64,000 bases of DNA from NCBI GenBank assembly GCA_051362555.1, contig CM120640.1, positions 38,728,788-38,792,787 of the forward strand, written 5' to 3'. The notes beneath the pieces were generated by a model. It was not told the DNA's origin and did no database searches. It saw nothing but the letters and a program-made list of their open reading frames with translations. This DNA comes from Lingula anatina (taxonomy: Eukaryota; Animalia; Brachiopoda). Within the stretch, counting starts at the first letter, position 1. Each line of letters begins with the position of its first letter. Positions 63,301-64,000 of this stretch are shown here, one piece after another. Made by a program: the position numbers and the translations under genes.

Positions 63301-64000
63301 ATATTGTCAGATTCATCTTCTAATTGTTTTATTTCTTCCAGTGGCTTAAGTAATCGTACTCTGTCTTCAGGGGGTGTAGTGTTAATGAATACAAATGATC
63401 TAGATGCTCTTCTCATGGGTAACTGTAAAGTGATGTAGGAAGCTTCTTGAGCAGAAATTTCAACATTATTAAGAAATTTGTTTCCAATGTGACGGACTTG
63501 CTGTTTTATGTCACTGTTACCTTCTCTAGCTTCTTTGCAAGCTTGATAAAGTAAATCTGACATGCCTCTTTGTCCTTTAGAAATGTAATTTACAATATAT
63601 GTTGCACAAGCATAGATGTCTAAAACAAACTGGATATCCATATTTGCTCTCCATGCTTGTAAACATGACCTGGAATAATTGTTTATCCAAATTTCACAGG
63701 GAAGTCTTTTTAAGAACAAAGTATCAGTTTTGATTGTAGATCTCACTGCCAAAATGTAATCTTCTTCTGAGACTTGTACTTTATTTAAAAATTCTTCAAA
63801 TGTTAGACTGACACATGTAAAATCTTTGTCATTTATAATATTATGAATCTTTGTCCAAACTTTTGCATATTCTTTCTTCTGTGAAGTATCTTCAAGGGGT
63901 TTCAGAATTATACTTTTTTTCATCGGAGGCTGTGGAAAATGGAATCTGCAAGTTTTTTTCAAATTCTTTATACATGTCCTTGTATGTTTGTGTGTCTGAT
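57327..64000 (-). mobile_element. Helentron (endonuclease-encoding Helitron), 3' part, within an ALDH16A1 intron
   Basis: A RepHel-EN ORF plus a downstream region ending in subTIR tgtacagaca and hairpin GGCAGC-AAA-GCTGTC at ~57332-57360, next to an A-run (T-run on the minus strand). Confidence 0.8.
60507..63998 (-). CDS. Helentron RepHel transposase: Rep C-terminal part, PIF1-type SF1B helicase and C-terminal AP-like (EEP) endonuclease; 5'-truncated by the window end
   Basis: The frame stays open to the window edge (QTHKHTRTCIKNLKKTCRFHFP). Rep motifs: NNY..CLQAWRANMDIQF, YIVNYISK, EISAQEA. Helicase motifs: GGAGVGKS, APTGKAA, IDEVSM, GDLFQLKPV, LTEIMRQ, QFPLQL..AKTIHRCQG, YVALSRV. Endonuclease motifs: WN, ETR, IYRPP, GDFN, LDLVF, DH. 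Confidence 0.95.
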   Translation of the reverse strand, partial: QTHKHTRTCIKNLKKTCRFHFPQPPMKKSIILKPLEDTSQKKEYAKVWTKIHNIINDKDFTCVSLTFEEFLNKVQVSEEDYILAVRSTIKTDTLFLKRLPCEIWINNYSRSCLQAWRANMDIQFVLDIYACATYIVNYISKGQRGMSDLLYQACKEAREGNSDIKQQVRHIGNKFLNNVEISAQEASYITLQLPMRRASRSFVFINTTPPEDRVRLLKPLEEIKQLEDESDNIESSNLLKRYSRRLPSLDNVSLADFAAYYDNNLNIIGGSKKRSSRLLDTDGMPLEKHDLENFEDDIHDIPCETDIIKRKKAKIIRSVWFSESLYPEKHYRELLMLYIPWRNEESDILQDFESYEQRCQHLENEIWEQQRMYSPAKDELHRAMEDLNNMDSEDEDMWATVAPNTECQNEVDQCEPSDVVQSSVGLSYDLAEDLGIHVSAKSCTEEEIVNKEIPDISYYKMIRNMNRQQLEFFHHVLHLIKSNSDPFHIFLSGGAGVGKSFVTRALYQGILKYLSSLPGEDFRTIRVALVAPTGKAAYNIGGHTIHSLLKIPANQSLKYKRLSADVLNSFRYKLGSLKVLFIDEVSMVGSKMLSFINERLKELKNNDRLFGGVSIVAIGDLFQLKPVFDNWIFENPNNDYYPLATNLWQKHFHMYELTEIMRQKDSKEFAEILNRLREGHHTDKDIKVLSERQLDQSKTSQQPLLHVFQTNSLVENFNHASYQNAKGEKFQIAATDTITGPVPKHLENNIRKQIPLDHKKTMNLRRILHIAVGERTEVVLNVDTEDGITNGAPNVVKLVDLDRQLIWVQFDAEDIGKNVRRMNKPLYNSNISKTWTPIFPVKRQFHLGKTGQYQVVRKQFPLQLSAAKTIHRCQGDTLKELVVDLSGRKNEHMHYVALSRVEKLEGLHILELNASKICISDKVKQEMKRLRQEAQLVKSISFLYEQPDDHFKIIHWNCCSLHKYIDDIRKNFDVGKADVCAFTETRFAIKDLNTKYQLKDKYLHRNDSTLHRQHGTAIYSHHRYAENFPKNCNFSGIEITVTRLDQFPDFVVITIYRPPHGKMQVLLEALRNILDTIDKTDKCVIIGDFNVNWLHENNANALRKMMCQDLMFRQHVTTPTTNYDSALDLVFTNFYHTDLKIIVLPTYFGDHFPVCLSFPKDCL

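Noticed and set aside
60507-63998. Host PIF1 helicase or LINE ORF2
   Set aside because: It is intronless, has Helitron Rep motifs and a C-terminal endonuclease, and shows no reverse transcriptase; this is Helentron architecture.

Overview
AT-rich, intron-rich animal genomic DNA. The gene content and repeat types suggest an invertebrate, probably a lophotrochozoan or mollusc (inference). Left to right: an intronless core-2/I-branching GlcNAc-transferase (-, 3' end outside the window); a ~28-exon uncharacterised gene with a degenerate TBC-like domain and C2-like C-terminal domains (-); SPRING1/C12orf49 (-) head-to-head with an RNFT2-like RING-TM E3 ligase (+); a small, easily missed 93-aa BH3-only gene (-, 43723-44004); the 3' half of ALDH16A1 (-); and an apparently intact Helentron (Rep-PIF1 helicase-endonuclease) inside an ALDH16A1 intron. 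Two non-autonomous Helentron-type (HINE/DINE-1-like) elements with internal satellite arrays and two PIF/Harbinger MITEs are also present. Top finding: SPRING1(-)/RNFT(+)/BH3-only(-) reproduces the order and orientation of human SPRING1-RNFT2-HRK. The small gene also has HRK-like size and exon layout, so it is a candidate invertebrate positional ortholog of the pro-apoptotic gene Harakiri (HRK/DP5). Exon boundaries were read by eye and may be off by a few bases.
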